Shown one piece after another: positions 1-7,974 of a DNA stretch of 59,284 nt (positions are counted from its first letter, which is position 1; each line of letters begins with the position of its first letter). The position numbers and the translations under genes are program-made. The DNA comes from a virus (Duplodnaviria; Caudoviricetes). The stretch spans positions 1 through 59,284 of the IMG/VR virus record IMGVR_UViG_3300037119_007415; one strand, written 5' to 3'. The notes beneath the pieces were generated by a model. That model had not been told where the DNA came from and made no database searches. It saw only the letters and a list, made by a program, of their open reading frames with translations.

Positions 1-3
1 GGA

Positions 4-128
4 TTCACGTACCGCAGTGTGCTGCGCACGGCTGAGCCCCGGGTGGAGCCCTCGCCGTTGCGGCGTGTCTTGGTCGTGGTGGTCATGATGATCCGTCCTC
101 CTTCAATCCAACGGCGCAACCGTTGTTC
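4..128. repeat. Terminal direct repeat, left copy (125 bp)
   Basis: TTCACGTACCGCAG...CAACCGTTGTTC at 4-128 is identical to 59158-59282. This indicates a circular or permuted ~59,154 bp genome and is probably assembly overlap. Confidence 0.95.
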
Positions 129-872
129 GCTCGGGCCCTCCGGCGGTTCCGGCTGGCCTCCTTCACGTGCGGACCGGACAGCCTCGCGGCGTCCCGTCCA
201 CTCGTCTTTCGCCGCACGCATGAGTGCGGAGTGTTCTTCGACCGTCAACATGACGACGGCCCCGTGTGTGTCCTCGGCGACGACGTCGGTCGGGTAGGCC
301 GTGGCCTCGACCGTGCCGTCGGGCAGGACCAGCGTCTCGCCCACGATCGGATCGTGGTCGTCGTTGACGTACGGCCCCGCCTCGTCGACCGGCTCGTCGG
401 CCGCGGCCATCATTCGCTCGGCGACCTTGTTCGACGTGACGTGGTCGGCGCGGGCGTCGGTGCGAGCCTTCGCCGTGGCGATGATGTCGAGCATCGACGC
501 TCGTGCTTCGAGGCGGGCCGTCGCCTCGTCGTTCCCTCGCCTGGTCGCGGCGGCTTCGTTCTCGCCCTCGATGAACCCGAGGTCGTCGAAGCCGACCGAC
601 ACGTGCCAACGCCCCGGCACCTCGGGGTCCTCGTCGACGTTGACGACGGCGAAATGCGGTGTGACGTTCGGGTCGCCGAGGTCGTCGTCCTGCTTGCATG
701 TTGCGTGGACGACGCCGTCGACGGTCTGGACTCCGTCGTTCACCATCGGGTCGCCGCACACGGTGCAGGCGTCGCTGTGCTTCGTCTTGATGTGTCGGGT
801 CAGGGACTTCTTCGCCGAGGCGCCGTTGAACGTTTGCCCGCACTCGGCACACGTGATCTTCGTGTCGGTCAT
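4..872 (-). CDS. N-terminal part of a junction-spanning protein: C2H2-type Zn finger, second Cys/His cluster and acidic region (continues to 58629 after circularisation)
   Basis: My own translation from ATG 872 (upstream AGGAG): MTDTKITCAECGQTFNGASAKKSLTRHIKTKHSDACTVCGDPM...VHATCK. There is no stop before the window edge. It is missing from the ORF track because it runs off the end. Confidence 0.8.
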
Positions 873-1021
873 TGCTTGACTCCTGTCGCTGTGTTGATGA
901 CGTGGGTGGTTCGTGTTCCGTCGTCGAGCACGTCGAACTCGTAGACGGTGGGGCTCGTGATGCGGGCCGACACGACGATGCCGTCGCCGACCCGCATCCC
1001 GATCAGACGCTGGACGTTCAC
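869..1021 (-). CDS. Small hypothetical protein
   Basis: GTG 1021 overlaps the upstream stop; MNVQRLIGMRVGDG...; its own stop overlaps ATG 872. Confidence 0.55.
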   Translation of the reverse strand: MNVQRLIGMRVGDGIVVSARITSPTVYEFDVLDDGTRTTHVINTATGVKQ

Positions 1022-1251
1022 CGCGTCGACCCGAACTCTCGGCGCAACACGGGATGCGGCCCGTCGTAGTCGGGACGCATGTACGGGTAGGGCTTGTCGA
1101 CGACGGGCTCGGGCTCGACGACGTCGGTCATGCAGCCCTTGTGGATCAGGGCCGCGCCGTGGATCGAATACAACGGCCCCCGCTTCATGGATGCGGTGCC
1201 GCCGCACGATGCGCAACGGTCGAGCCCGAGGGCTTCGGCGAGCGTCGTCAT
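1018..1251 (-). CDS. Small Cys/His (Zn-binding) hypothetical protein
   Basis: MTTLAEALGLDRCASCGG...IHKGC; translationally coupled to neighbours. Confidence 0.6.
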   Translation of the reverse strand: MTTLAEALGLDRCASCGGTASMKRGPLYSIHGAALIHKGCMTDVVEPEPVVDKPYPYMRPDYDGPHPVLRREFGSTR

Positions 1252-1544
1252 CACTTCACCTCGCCGTCGTTGTCGACCCACAGGCGCATGTCCCGAACGA
1301 CGCTCTGCACCTCGGCGTCGGCGTCGAACTCGTTGTGCTCTTCGGACGCTGCGGCGAAGGCCGTGAGGAACTCGGTGATCACCGCACGCCGGGAGGCGTC
1401 GTCGTTGATCCGTTCGATGCGCCAGGCCGACTCGCTGAGGAGGCCGTCACGCTCGTCCTTCGTGAACGACCGTGGTGCGGCGATGACGAGCCGGAGCCGT
1501 TCGGCGAGGGCCGGGTTGGTGAGTACGTCTGTGTAGCTGCTCAT
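1251..1544 (-). CDS. Hypothetical protein (97 aa)
   Basis: Strong RBS GAAGGAG upstream; protein-like helical composition. Confidence 0.75.
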   Translation of the reverse strand: MSSYTDVLTNPALAERLRLVIAAPRSFTKDERDGLLSESAWRIERINDDASRRAVITEFLTAFAAASEEHNEFDADAEVQSVVRDMRLWVDNDGEVK

Positions 1545-1564
1545 GTCGATGTTCTCCTTCGTTG

Positions 1565-1633
1565 ACGTTCACGACACGCGCCCGACGTTGTCGCCGGGAA
1601 CGTGTTGTGAACGTGCGGCCCGAGGGCCGCACG
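1565..1633 (-). promoter_or_regulatory. Intergenic double hairpin upstream of an RBS
   Basis: ACGTTCAC (1565-1572) / GTGAACGT (1607-1614) close a long imperfect stem; a second stem CGTGCGGCC/GGCCGCACG lies at 1612-1633. Confidence 0.55.
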
Positions 1634-1635
1634 AC

Positions 1636-1830
1636 TCACGACGTTTCGTGCATGTCTCGATGCTCGATGCCGTACGCCCGGACCGTGCCGGGCGTTGCGT
1701 TGCTGAGCATCTGATGGACCTGGGATCGTCCGACGATGGCGAACTGACGCCACAGGCCACGGTCGAGGACGACCATGTCGTACGTGTTGGACAGGAACGA
1801 ACCGCGTGGGTTCATCGGGTCGATGGTCAT
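1636..1830 (-). CDS. Hypothetical protein
   Basis: RBS GAAGGAG precedes ATG 1830 (MTIDPMNPRG...). Confidence 0.6.
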   Translation of the reverse strand: MTIDPMNPRGSFLSNTYDMVVLDRGLWRQFAIVGRSQVHQMLSNATPGTVRAYGIEHRDMHETS

Positions 1831-1841
1831 GTTGTTCTCCT

Positions 1842-2174
1842 TCATCGGGACATGCTCCCGAAGATTGACTTCTCGATGGATGCGTTGAGTGCGTCCCGAA
1901 GGTTCTCGGCCTGCTCGACCGTGATGAACGTCGTCACTGCGTCGACGCCGTGCCCGACCTTCAAGACGATGGCGTTGCCCACCGGCCCGTTCTCGTCGTC
2001 GAGCGTGCGGGCCGTGACCGTCGCCGTGGGTTGCGGGTGGACGTTCACGACGTTGAACACGTCGCCGTCGGTGCACGTGTACTCCGTGACGTTGACGGCG
2101 ACGCCGCCCGTGCGGACCTCGACCGTCTCGGTCTTCGTCCCGCTCTTCTTCGTCGTGTTCTTCGTGATCTTCAT
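1842..2174 (-). CDS. Hypothetical protein, first gene of the putative early operon
   Basis: RBS GAGGAG precedes ATG 2174 (MKITKNTTKKSG...). The upstream extension in the ORF track is not protein-like. Confidence 0.75.
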   Translation of the reverse strand: MKITKNTTKKSGTKTETVEVRTGGVAVNVTEYTCTDGDVFNVVNVHPQPTATVTARTLDDENGPVGNAIVLKVGHGVDAVTTFITVEQAENLRDALNASIEKSIFGSMSR

Positions 2175-2189
2175 GTGTTGCTCCTCGTC

Positions 2190-2680
2190 GCTGTTCGGCT
2201 TCGGTGAAGACACGAACGGGGTGGCTCGTGTCCTCGCCGAAGCCGTCAACGTCGTGTGACGTTGACGACCTCGATCACTTCGCCTGATGCGTCGGGCGTT
2301 GTCGACGTTGCAGCTACTTGATACGGATCCCCGCTGCTCGGGGACATCGTCTGTTGTTTGCTGTGGCCCACGATCACTGGCCCGCTCGACGTTCGGGAAT
2401 CGAACCCACGTGTCGGCGACGCCCCGTTGCATTGCTGCGGACGACGGGTTGCGTCCGGCTCGACGAGAGCACCCGTGGGTGCCCTTGGCGTCGAGGCTCT
2501 GTGTTCCTATGTCCGACGTCGTGCGTCGGTGCGGGTCGCATGGATCGGCGGGCCAGCGTGTCGGGCCCGTGGGCGCTGCACTCGTGGCTCGGGGAGCAAC
2601 CGCCCCGCCGTGCGTCTCTGCTGTTGTCAACGTGCTGGTGTCGGGACCGGGATCCCCGTGCGGGGTCCTCCTGACAACCA
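2190..2680 (-). ncRNA. Putative long structured leader or ncRNA containing a tRNA-like T-loop
   Basis: About 490 nt without a credible ORF, downstream of -10 TAACGT. Contains nested helices (2377-2385/2548-2556, 2366-2372/2568-2574, 2623-2629/2672-2678, 2196-2245, 2244-2267) and GGGTTCGATTCCC at 2407-2395. Confidence 0.6.
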
Positions 2681-2704
2681 CCACGTTACACAGGTCACGT
2701 GACC
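2681..2704 (-). promoter_or_regulatory. Putative early promoter (-10 TAACGT) with palindrome GGTCACGTGACC
   Basis: TAACGT on the minus strand at 2688-2683; perfect 12-bp palindrome at 2693-2704; related motifs at 11091, 27621 and 57292. Confidence 0.6.
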
Positions 2705-2865
2705 GACGCACCGCTACAGAAAAGAGGGGTGGAAAAGACGGTCTGATCAGGGGTTATGTGCCCTGCGGGTGCCGTCGAAACGGGGGCAAAACCCGTCTCG
2801 ATTCGCCAGCTCAGACCGGCCGGTCCTGCCGTCCCCAGCTGGGACCGGGAGGACATCGGCCCAGG

Positions 2866-3435
2866 TCAGGCGTGTGCGAGCGACAAGAACTCGGCCCGAG
2901 CCTGGGGCACGTCACGCAACGCACCGAGGACAGACGACGTGACCATCTGCGCCGAGGGCTGGCGGACGCCTCTGCATCCCATACACGAATGCGACGCCTG
3001 CACGACGACGCCGACGCCGAGCGGCGCGAGGTTGTCGACCATCGCCTCGGCTATCTGTCGGGTCATTCGTTCCTGTACCTGCAACCGCTTGGCGAAACAC
3101 TCGACGAGCCGCGGGATCTTCGAGAGCCCGACGATGCGGCCGGTCGGTATGTAACCGACCGTTGCCGTGCCGACGAACGGCAACACGTGATGCTCACACA
3201 ACGACGTGAACTCGATGCCGCGCACGACGATCAGTTCGTCGGTGTTGTCCTCGAAGCACGTCGACAGGATCTCTTTCGGGTTCATCTCGTACCCGGCAGT
3301 CATCTCCATCCACGCTTTCGCCACGCGTGTCGGCGTGTCGGCGAGGTCGGGTCTGTCGGTGTCCTCACCGATGAACTCCAACAGGATCTCAACCGCGGCC
3401 TTCGCCGCGTCGGTGTTGCCGTACAGCATCCCCAC
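2866..3435 (-). CDS. folE: GTP cyclohydrolase I
   Basis: Motifs TPTRVAKAW, SLCEHHVLPF, GLSKIPRLV, RLQVQER and HSCMGCRG. Confidence 0.97.
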   Translation of the reverse strand: MGMLYGNTDAAKAAVEILLEFIGEDTDRPDLADTPTRVAKAWMEMTAGYEMNPKEILSTCFEDNTDELIVVRGIEFTSLCEHHVLPFVGTATVGYIPTGRIVGLSKIPRLVECFAKRLQVQERMTRQIAEAMVDNLAPLGVGVVVQASHSCMGCRGVRQPSAQMVTSSVLGALRDVPQARAEFLSLAHA

Positions 3436-3436
3436 G

Positions 3437-4141
3437 TCATCGACCTCGCTCGTTGCCCCACGCCAGCACGTGCAGACGGGTGGACATGTTGTAGCCGTGA
3501 CGCACCGCGATGTCGGCGACCATCGGTGACAGGCGCACGATCTGGTCGGCGGTGATCCCTTCGGGCATGACGTACACGTTGCGGCTCTTGATCCCGTACC
3601 GCTCGACCAGGCGGACGACCTCGTGCTCGTCCCATGGTCCGGTGATCACGAACTTGAATGCCGCCTCGGCGTCGGCGAGGACCTGCAACGCCTCGGGGAT
3701 CTCGGCCGGTTTGGACACGCGTGCAGTCGAGAGCTTCGGCGACACGACCCATTGCTCGACACGGTCGAGGAGATCACCGCCAGGCACCAGTGTCCCGTTC
3801 GTCTCGATGTGGACGTGTCGTTGCTCGGCGATGTAGCCGACGAGGGTCCGCAACGCACGCTGCTGCACGAGGGGTTCGCCGCCGCTGATGACGACGATGT
3901 CTCGTCGGCGTGACTCGCGCAGCACACGATTCGCCAACGCCTCGGGGTCGACCCGTTCGAGCTTGTCTCGTTCGTAGACGACGCCGAGCTTCCCGGTGAA
4001 GTCCCACGTATACGGGGTGTCGCACCATGCGCAGTCGAGATTGCACAAGCCGAGACGCACGAAGTACGCGGGTCGTCCGGCTGCTGGCCCTTCGCCTTGC
4101 ACGGTTGGGCCGAAGCACTCGGACACGATCAGGTTGGGCAC
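3437..4141 (-). CDS. queE: 7-carboxy-7-deazaguanine synthase (radical SAM)
   Basis: Motifs TVQGEG, FVRLGLCNLDCAWCDT (CxxxCxxC), SGGEP, IETNG, VSPK and RLH. Confidence 0.96.
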   Translation of the reverse strand: MPNLIVSECFGPTVQGEGPAAGRPAYFVRLGLCNLDCAWCDTPYTWDFTGKLGVVYERDKLERVDPEALANRVLRESRRRDIVVISGGEPLVQQRALRTLVGYIAEQRHVHIETNGTLVPGGDLLDRVEQWVVSPKLSTARVSKPAEIPEALQVLADAEAAFKFVITGPWDEHEVVRLVERYGIKSRNVYVMPEGITADQIVRLSPMVADIAVRHGYNMSTRLHVLAWGNERGR

Positions 4142-4142
4142 G

Positions 4143-4628
4143 TCAGTCCTTCACCGTGTAGGGGCCGGTCGCTGCGGTGTAATAGGCGATGCTCGTCGGG
4201 GTCTCGCGTAGCTCGATCGACACGAGGCGGACCCCGGCGTCGACGAAGGCTGCAATCGTCTCGTCCCATACCCACCGTGCCAGTTCCTCGGCGGTGGGTA
4301 TGCACGGCAACACGACGACGCGCGGGTCGACGTCCTCGATGTCACCGAGGAGTGCCAGCGACGACTTCATCGGCTTGTCGTCGTCCCACACCATGAAGCT
4401 GTGATCGAGCACGTCATGGACGTACTCGGTCAGGATCTCTTTGATGCAACCGAAGTCGACGACCATGCCGGCATCTGACGGTGACGAGGTGTAGGGGCGG
4501 ATCGGTCCTTCGACTGTGGCGACGACCGTGTATCGGTGGCCGTGCGGGTTGCGGCACTTCGACTCGTGCCACGGGACCCGATGTCCGGCGTCGAACTCGA
4601 TGCTCTTGGATGCGCGGGCGTACGTCAT
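4143..4628 (-). CDS. queD: 6-carboxytetrahydropterin synthase
   Basis: Motifs FDAGHR, KCRNPHGHRY, GMVVDFG, LDH, PTAEELA and ET; start ATG 4628. Confidence 0.95.
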   Translation of the reverse strand: MTYARASKSIEFDAGHRVPWHESKCRNPHGHRYTVVATVEGPIRPYTSSPSDAGMVVDFGCIKEILTEYVHDVLDHSFMVWDDDKPMKSSLALLGDIEDVDPRVVVLPCIPTAEELARWVWDETIAAFVDAGVRLVSIELRETPTSIAYYTAATGPYTVKD

Positions 4629-5356
4629 GGCTGCGGCGCCGCGTAGTCCGGTGTCGCCGCGTACGTCGTGGGGTCCGGCAGCCCGGCCGTGATGAAGGCC
4701 TCTCGTCGCTCGAAGCACGTGCCGCACGCACCGCAGTGAACGTCGCCGCCCTTGTAACACGACCACGTCCCGGTGAAGTCGACGCCGATCCCGTTGCCCG
4801 CCGAGACGATGTCGGCCTTCGTCCACCGGGCGAACGGTGCGACAAGCTCGACGCCGCGTGGCGTCTCCTTCGACTCGTCGAGCGTGCCGAGCCTGATGGC
4901 CTTCGCCAGCGCCATGATGAACTCGGGTCGGCAGTCCGGGTAGATGAAGTGGTCGCCGCCGTGCGCGGCGTACGCGACGGATCCGTAACCGTGGGCTGAC
5001 GCAATCCCCGCGGCCATGGCGAGCATCACCATGTTCCGGTTCGGGACGATCGTGGCGCGCATCGTCTCGGCCGCGTAGTGGCCGTCGGGCACCGCGCTGT
5101 TCTCGTCGATGAGCGACGACCCCGAGCCGTTGATGGCCAGGCCGTACGACGTGAGGTCGACGACGTAATGCTGCACGCCGAGATCAGCCGCGGCCCGTGC
5201 GGCGTAGATCAGTTCCTTGGCGTGTCGCTGCCCGTAGTTGAACGATGCGAGTGCGCCGAGGGCTCGTGCCTCGTGAGCGATGTACGCGAGGGTCACGGAG
5301 TCGAGGCCGCCCGAACAGATCACGAGATGCGTGCTCGGTTGCTTGAAGGTCACCAT
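4625..5356 (-). CDS. queC: 7-cyano-7-deazaguanine synthase
   Basis: Motifs SGGLDS, FNYGQRH, VPNRN, YPDCRPEF and TWSCY...CGACGTC.ER. Confidence 0.97.
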   Translation of the reverse strand: MVTFKQPSTHLVICSGGLDSVTLAYIAHEARALGALASFNYGQRHAKELIYAARAAADLGVQHYVVDLTSYGLAINGSGSSLIDENSAVPDGHYAAETMRATIVPNRNMVMLAMAAGIASAHGYGSVAYAAHGGDHFIYPDCRPEFIMALAKAIRLGTLDESKETPRGVELVAPFARWTKADIVSAGNGIGVDFTGTWSCYKGGDVHCGACGTCFERREAFITAGLPDPTTYAATPDYAAPQP

Positions 5357-5376
5357 GTCGTTGTGTTGATCCTTTC

Positions 5377-6300
5377 CTAGTGAAGACGAAGCTCGAAGCG
5401 ATGATCTCGTTCGATCACCTCGGGCTGCCCGACGAAGTATCGCTGCCAGTCGCCAGGCCCGATGCCGAGATAGACCTTCGGGCCGTCACCGCCGACGGCC
5501 CGTCGTTGTTGAAGCCATGACTCCATGCGAAGCCACGCCTGCACCGACATGCGCCGCTGCCGGTTATACAACTCCGAGGCTCGAGCACGGTCGACGGTGC
5601 CGGCACTCTGAGGTGACGACGCCCGGGAGTCGAGCCACTCGGCGGGGTCCTCGTGATGCAGTCGGATCGTCGTCGCGTAGCGGGCGGCGGTGTGTCGCTT
5701 CGCTGCTTGGAGTCGGACGAACCAGCCGCGTGCATCGTCGAACAGTGTGAGCTCGCCGTACTTGCAGCCGTTGAGCCATGTCGTGGAGTCGAGCGTGTAC
5801 CACGGGAAGTCGTGGACCATCGCTTTCGTCGTGCGGCCGAACGAGTGGAACAGGGCGTCGGTTCCCTCGGCCATACGAAACGCTTGTGCGCACCACGTGT
5901 GCAAGGAGGAGGGCGGACGGCCGACCATGCCGCCGATCCCGATGTGGGTGAACCCGGCCTCGATGTATCGGGCGAGGGCGTCGAACGGTTCGCCCATGTG
6001 CCACACGGGGATCACGTCGTCGATGCCGTGCTCGATCATTCGTTGTGTGTTGTCCCACGTGGCGACGGGGTCGCCGATGACGTCGAGCGTCACGATGACG
6101 TCGAGCCAGCGACGGTTCGCCAGGACCCAGGCGGCGTAGTCGTCGACGTCGATCGACGCTCCTTGTGTCCACGCTGAGAAAGCACCCGAGTCGGACATGA
6201 CCGATGTCGGGCACCCGTCGGTGCCGTTCGATCCGAAGATTGCGTCGAGGTCGGCGTCACGGAAATACCAGTACGACGCCAGCACGTTCATGTCGGTCAT
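5377..6300 (-). CDS. dpdA: DpdA-type (TGT-like) DNA deazaguanine transglycosylase
   Basis: Motifs DSGAFSAW, LDVIGD, IPVWH.GE, IGIGGMV, H.FG and PWYTLDSTTW; adjacent to queCDE-folE. Confidence 0.88.
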   Translation of the reverse strand: MTDMNVLASYWYFRDADLDAIFGSNGTDGCPTSVMSDSGAFSAWTQGASIDVDDYAAWVLANRRWLDVIVTLDVIGDPVATWDNTQRMIEHGIDDVIPVWHMGEPFDALARYIEAGFTHIGIGGMVGRPPSSLHTWCAQAFRMAEGTDALFHSFGRTTKAMVHDFPWYTLDSTTWLNGCKYGELTLFDDARGWFVRLQAAKRHTAARYATTIRLHHEDPAEWLDSRASSPQSAGTVDRARASELYNRQRRMSVQAWLRMESWLQQRRAVGGDGPKVYLGIGPGDWQRYFVGQPEVIERDHRFELRLH

Positions 6301-6515
6301 GCGGACCCCACACGACGCCACAAAGGCATCGGTTCGCCAGCGTCATCGACCGCGCCGTCCCACGTCGCCGCTTCGAGCTGGTCGCCGTGTTGTAGTCCCG
6401 TAGCAGCAACAACCACGAACCCGTGCTTGGTCAGGTAGTCGAGCAAGCCGAAGGCTTGAAGCGCGTTGAGCACGTTGCGCACGTTGCGCGGCGGGTCTTC
6501 GGTTGGGCTGTTCAT
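6297..6515 (-). CDS. Small hypothetical protein in the modification operon
   Basis: ATGA overlaps on both sides; MNSPTEDPPRNVRNVLNALQAFGLLDYL... Confidence 0.6.
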   Translation of the reverse strand: MNSPTEDPPRNVRNVLNALQAFGLLDYLTKHGFVVVAATGLQHGDQLEAATWDGAVDDAGEPMPLWRRVGSA

Positions 6516-7144
6516 GGCACGAGCTTGATCATCGCCGCGGTGAAGGCTGTGGCGTCGTCGTCGTACATCGCGCGCCAGGCCTTCCACCGACGCTCGTCGT
6601 CGGGATGCAGACGGATCCGCAACACCGGGAGGAAGTCGCCGGGGTTCGGCTCGGCGATGCCATCGAGCGTCTCGCCCATCGGCCGGGCGTTGAAGGCGGT
6701 GAACAGGTCGTCGTACTCGCCAGGCGTGAAGCCGGTGACTTCGAGGAGCGACGGCGGGAGGTCGGTGAGCATCGACGTGAGCGACGAGAGATCCCAGCCG
6801 CCGACTTCGGTCAGATGGTTCAACGCGACGATGGCGGCTTTCACCTCGTCGTCGTTCTCGCTGCGCCAGCCGACGTAGCACGGCACCGTCCATTGCCCGT
6901 CGTCGTCGCGGACGCCGACGGGTGGATCCTCGCCGTCGGCGTGCATGGCGCGCAACGCCTCGACGCGGCCGTGTCCGCCGACCATCTTGTCGGTGCGGAC
7001 GTCGACGGTGGCGATGATGTCGACGACGCCGAGGGTCGACAACGATCGACGGATCGTGGCGATGTCGTGACGCTTCGGGTTCTCGTCGGCGGGGACGAGC
7101 GAGTCCAACGGTCGCCAGTCGATTGCCGGGTCGACGAACGTCAC
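6512..7144 (-). CDS. ParB/Srx-like N-terminal domain protein
   Basis: L.P...NPKRH...IRRSL..LG....I.......MVGGHGRVEALR, then N...E.GGWD, as in ParB-like proteins linked to phage DNA-modification genes. Confidence 0.8.
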   Translation of the reverse strand: MTFVDPAIDWRPLDSLVPADENPKRHDIATIRRSLSTLGVVDIIATVDVRTDKMVGGHGRVEALRAMHADGEDPPVGVRDDDGQWTVPCYVGWRSENDDEVKAAIVALNHLTEVGGWDLSSLTSMLTDLPPSLLEVTGFTPGEYDDLFTAFNARPMGETLDGIAEPNPGDFLPVLRIRLHPDDERRWKAWRAMYDDDATAFTAAMIKLVP

Positions 7145-7296
7145 TCGTCACCGCCGAGCACCTGGTTGATCCGTTCGGTTGCGTAGCCGCCTTTGTCCCG
7201 ATCTCTCACGAGGTCGAGGGCTTCGCCGGAGTCGACGCCGCGTGCGCACAGCCGGGCGTGTACCTCTGCGTCAGACATGTCGGTCCACTCGTTCAC
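7141..7296 (-). CDS. Small hypothetical protein (51 aa)
   Basis: My own translation MNEWTDMSDAEVHARLCARG...; fills the gap with 4-bp overlaps at both ends. Confidence 0.6.
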   Translation of the reverse strand: MNEWTDMSDAEVHARLCARGVDSGEALDLVRDRDKGGYATERINQVLGGDE

Positions 7297-7526
7297 TTCG
7301 TTGCCTCCTCGGGTTCGGTCATGCGTTGTAGCTCACGGATCACGACGGCTCGTGTGCAGCCGGACGCGTCGGCTAGCTCGTCGCGTGTCAACGGGTCGGG
7401 CACGTCGTATGTCCCTTCCCACCACAGGTCTGCACGTTGCGCGCGCAACGCGTCGACGGCGGCTTCGTGTTCTTTGATCTCCGCTGCAATCCGTCGCAGC
7501 GCGACAGGGATCGACTCAACTGCCAC
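7293..7526 (-). CDS. Small protein with a possible C-terminal HTH
   Basis: PLTRDELADASGCTRAVVIRELQR resembles a helix-turn-helix. Confidence 0.55.
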   Translation of the reverse strand: MAVESIPVALRRIAAEIKEHEAAVDALRAQRADLWWEGTYDVPDPLTRDELADASGCTRAVVIRELQRMTEPEEATK

Positions 7527-7926
7527 TTGCGTCTCCTTCGTCGGGGGGTAGCTCGTCGTTGATCGACGTCTGCCCCGGCATCTCGTTCGCTTTGCTGATC
7601 ACCGCGCGTTGCCGGTCGAGCAGCTTCCGGTTCGATGCGTTGTCGCCGAGAGCGACCGTCTCGCCGCGGAAGTTGTAGACGTACACGAGGTCGCCAGCGA
7701 GATCCTTCTTGTTCGCCGGTTGCGTGTCGATGTCGACGACGACGGCTTCGACGACGACGGTCACTCGGTCGCCGTGGACGAGCAGCGGCACGTCCTCGCC
7801 GGTCAACTCCCACGCTTGCGACAGGCCGTCGCCGACGTTCGACACCTTCGCCGACACGCCCACGACGGCCCGGCCGCGGAACTTGTCGATGGTCTGGCGG
7901 GCACCCGGGCGTCGTTTCTTGGTCAT
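7516..7926 (-). CDS. Hypothetical protein (136 aa)
   Basis: RBS GAAGGAG; first gene of the modification operon. Confidence 0.75.
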   Translation of the reverse strand: MTKKRRPGARQTIDKFRGRAVVGVSAKVSNVGDGLSQAWELTGEDVPLLVHGDRVTVVVEAVVVDIDTQPANKKDLAGDLVYVYNFRGETVALGDNASNRKLLDRQRAVISKANEMPGQTSINDELPPDEGDASGS

Positions 7927-7950
7927 GGGCTGGCTCCTTCGTTGGGTCCC

Positions 7951-7973
7951 GTGACACCGTACACGTGTGTCAC
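7951..7973 (-). promoter_or_regulatory. Putative promoter/operator of the DNA-modification operon
   Basis: -10-like TACGGT preceded by CACGTG, inside the inverted repeat GTGACAC-N9-GTGTCAC. Confidence 0.5.
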
Positions 7974-7974
7974 C

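Noticed and set aside
4-128. Biological terminal repeat or attL/attR
   Set aside because: The repeat falls inside an open reading frame, its length resembles an assembler overlap and there is no integrase. Physical ends cannot be inferred from the sequence alone.
2375-2500. Canonical tRNA gene around GGGTTCGATTCCC
   Set aside because: The T-stem has only 3-4 bp, there is no recognisable D or anticodon arm at tRNA spacing and no CCA end. Kept only as a tRNA-like module of the ncRNA candidate.
2287-3555. 422-aa + strand ORF and the upstream extension of 1842..2711
   Set aside because: Arg/Pro/Gly-rich shadow-frame translations typical of high-GC DNA; they overlap folE antisense or the structured region.
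2866-6300. Auxiliary queuosine tRNA-modification pathway
   Set aside because: No queF or queA, and the TGT-like protein has DpdA-type features; DNA modification is the better-supported reading.
6512-7144. Plasmid-prophage partitioning system
   Set aside because: No ParA or parS array was seen, and the ParB-like gene sits in the modification operon.
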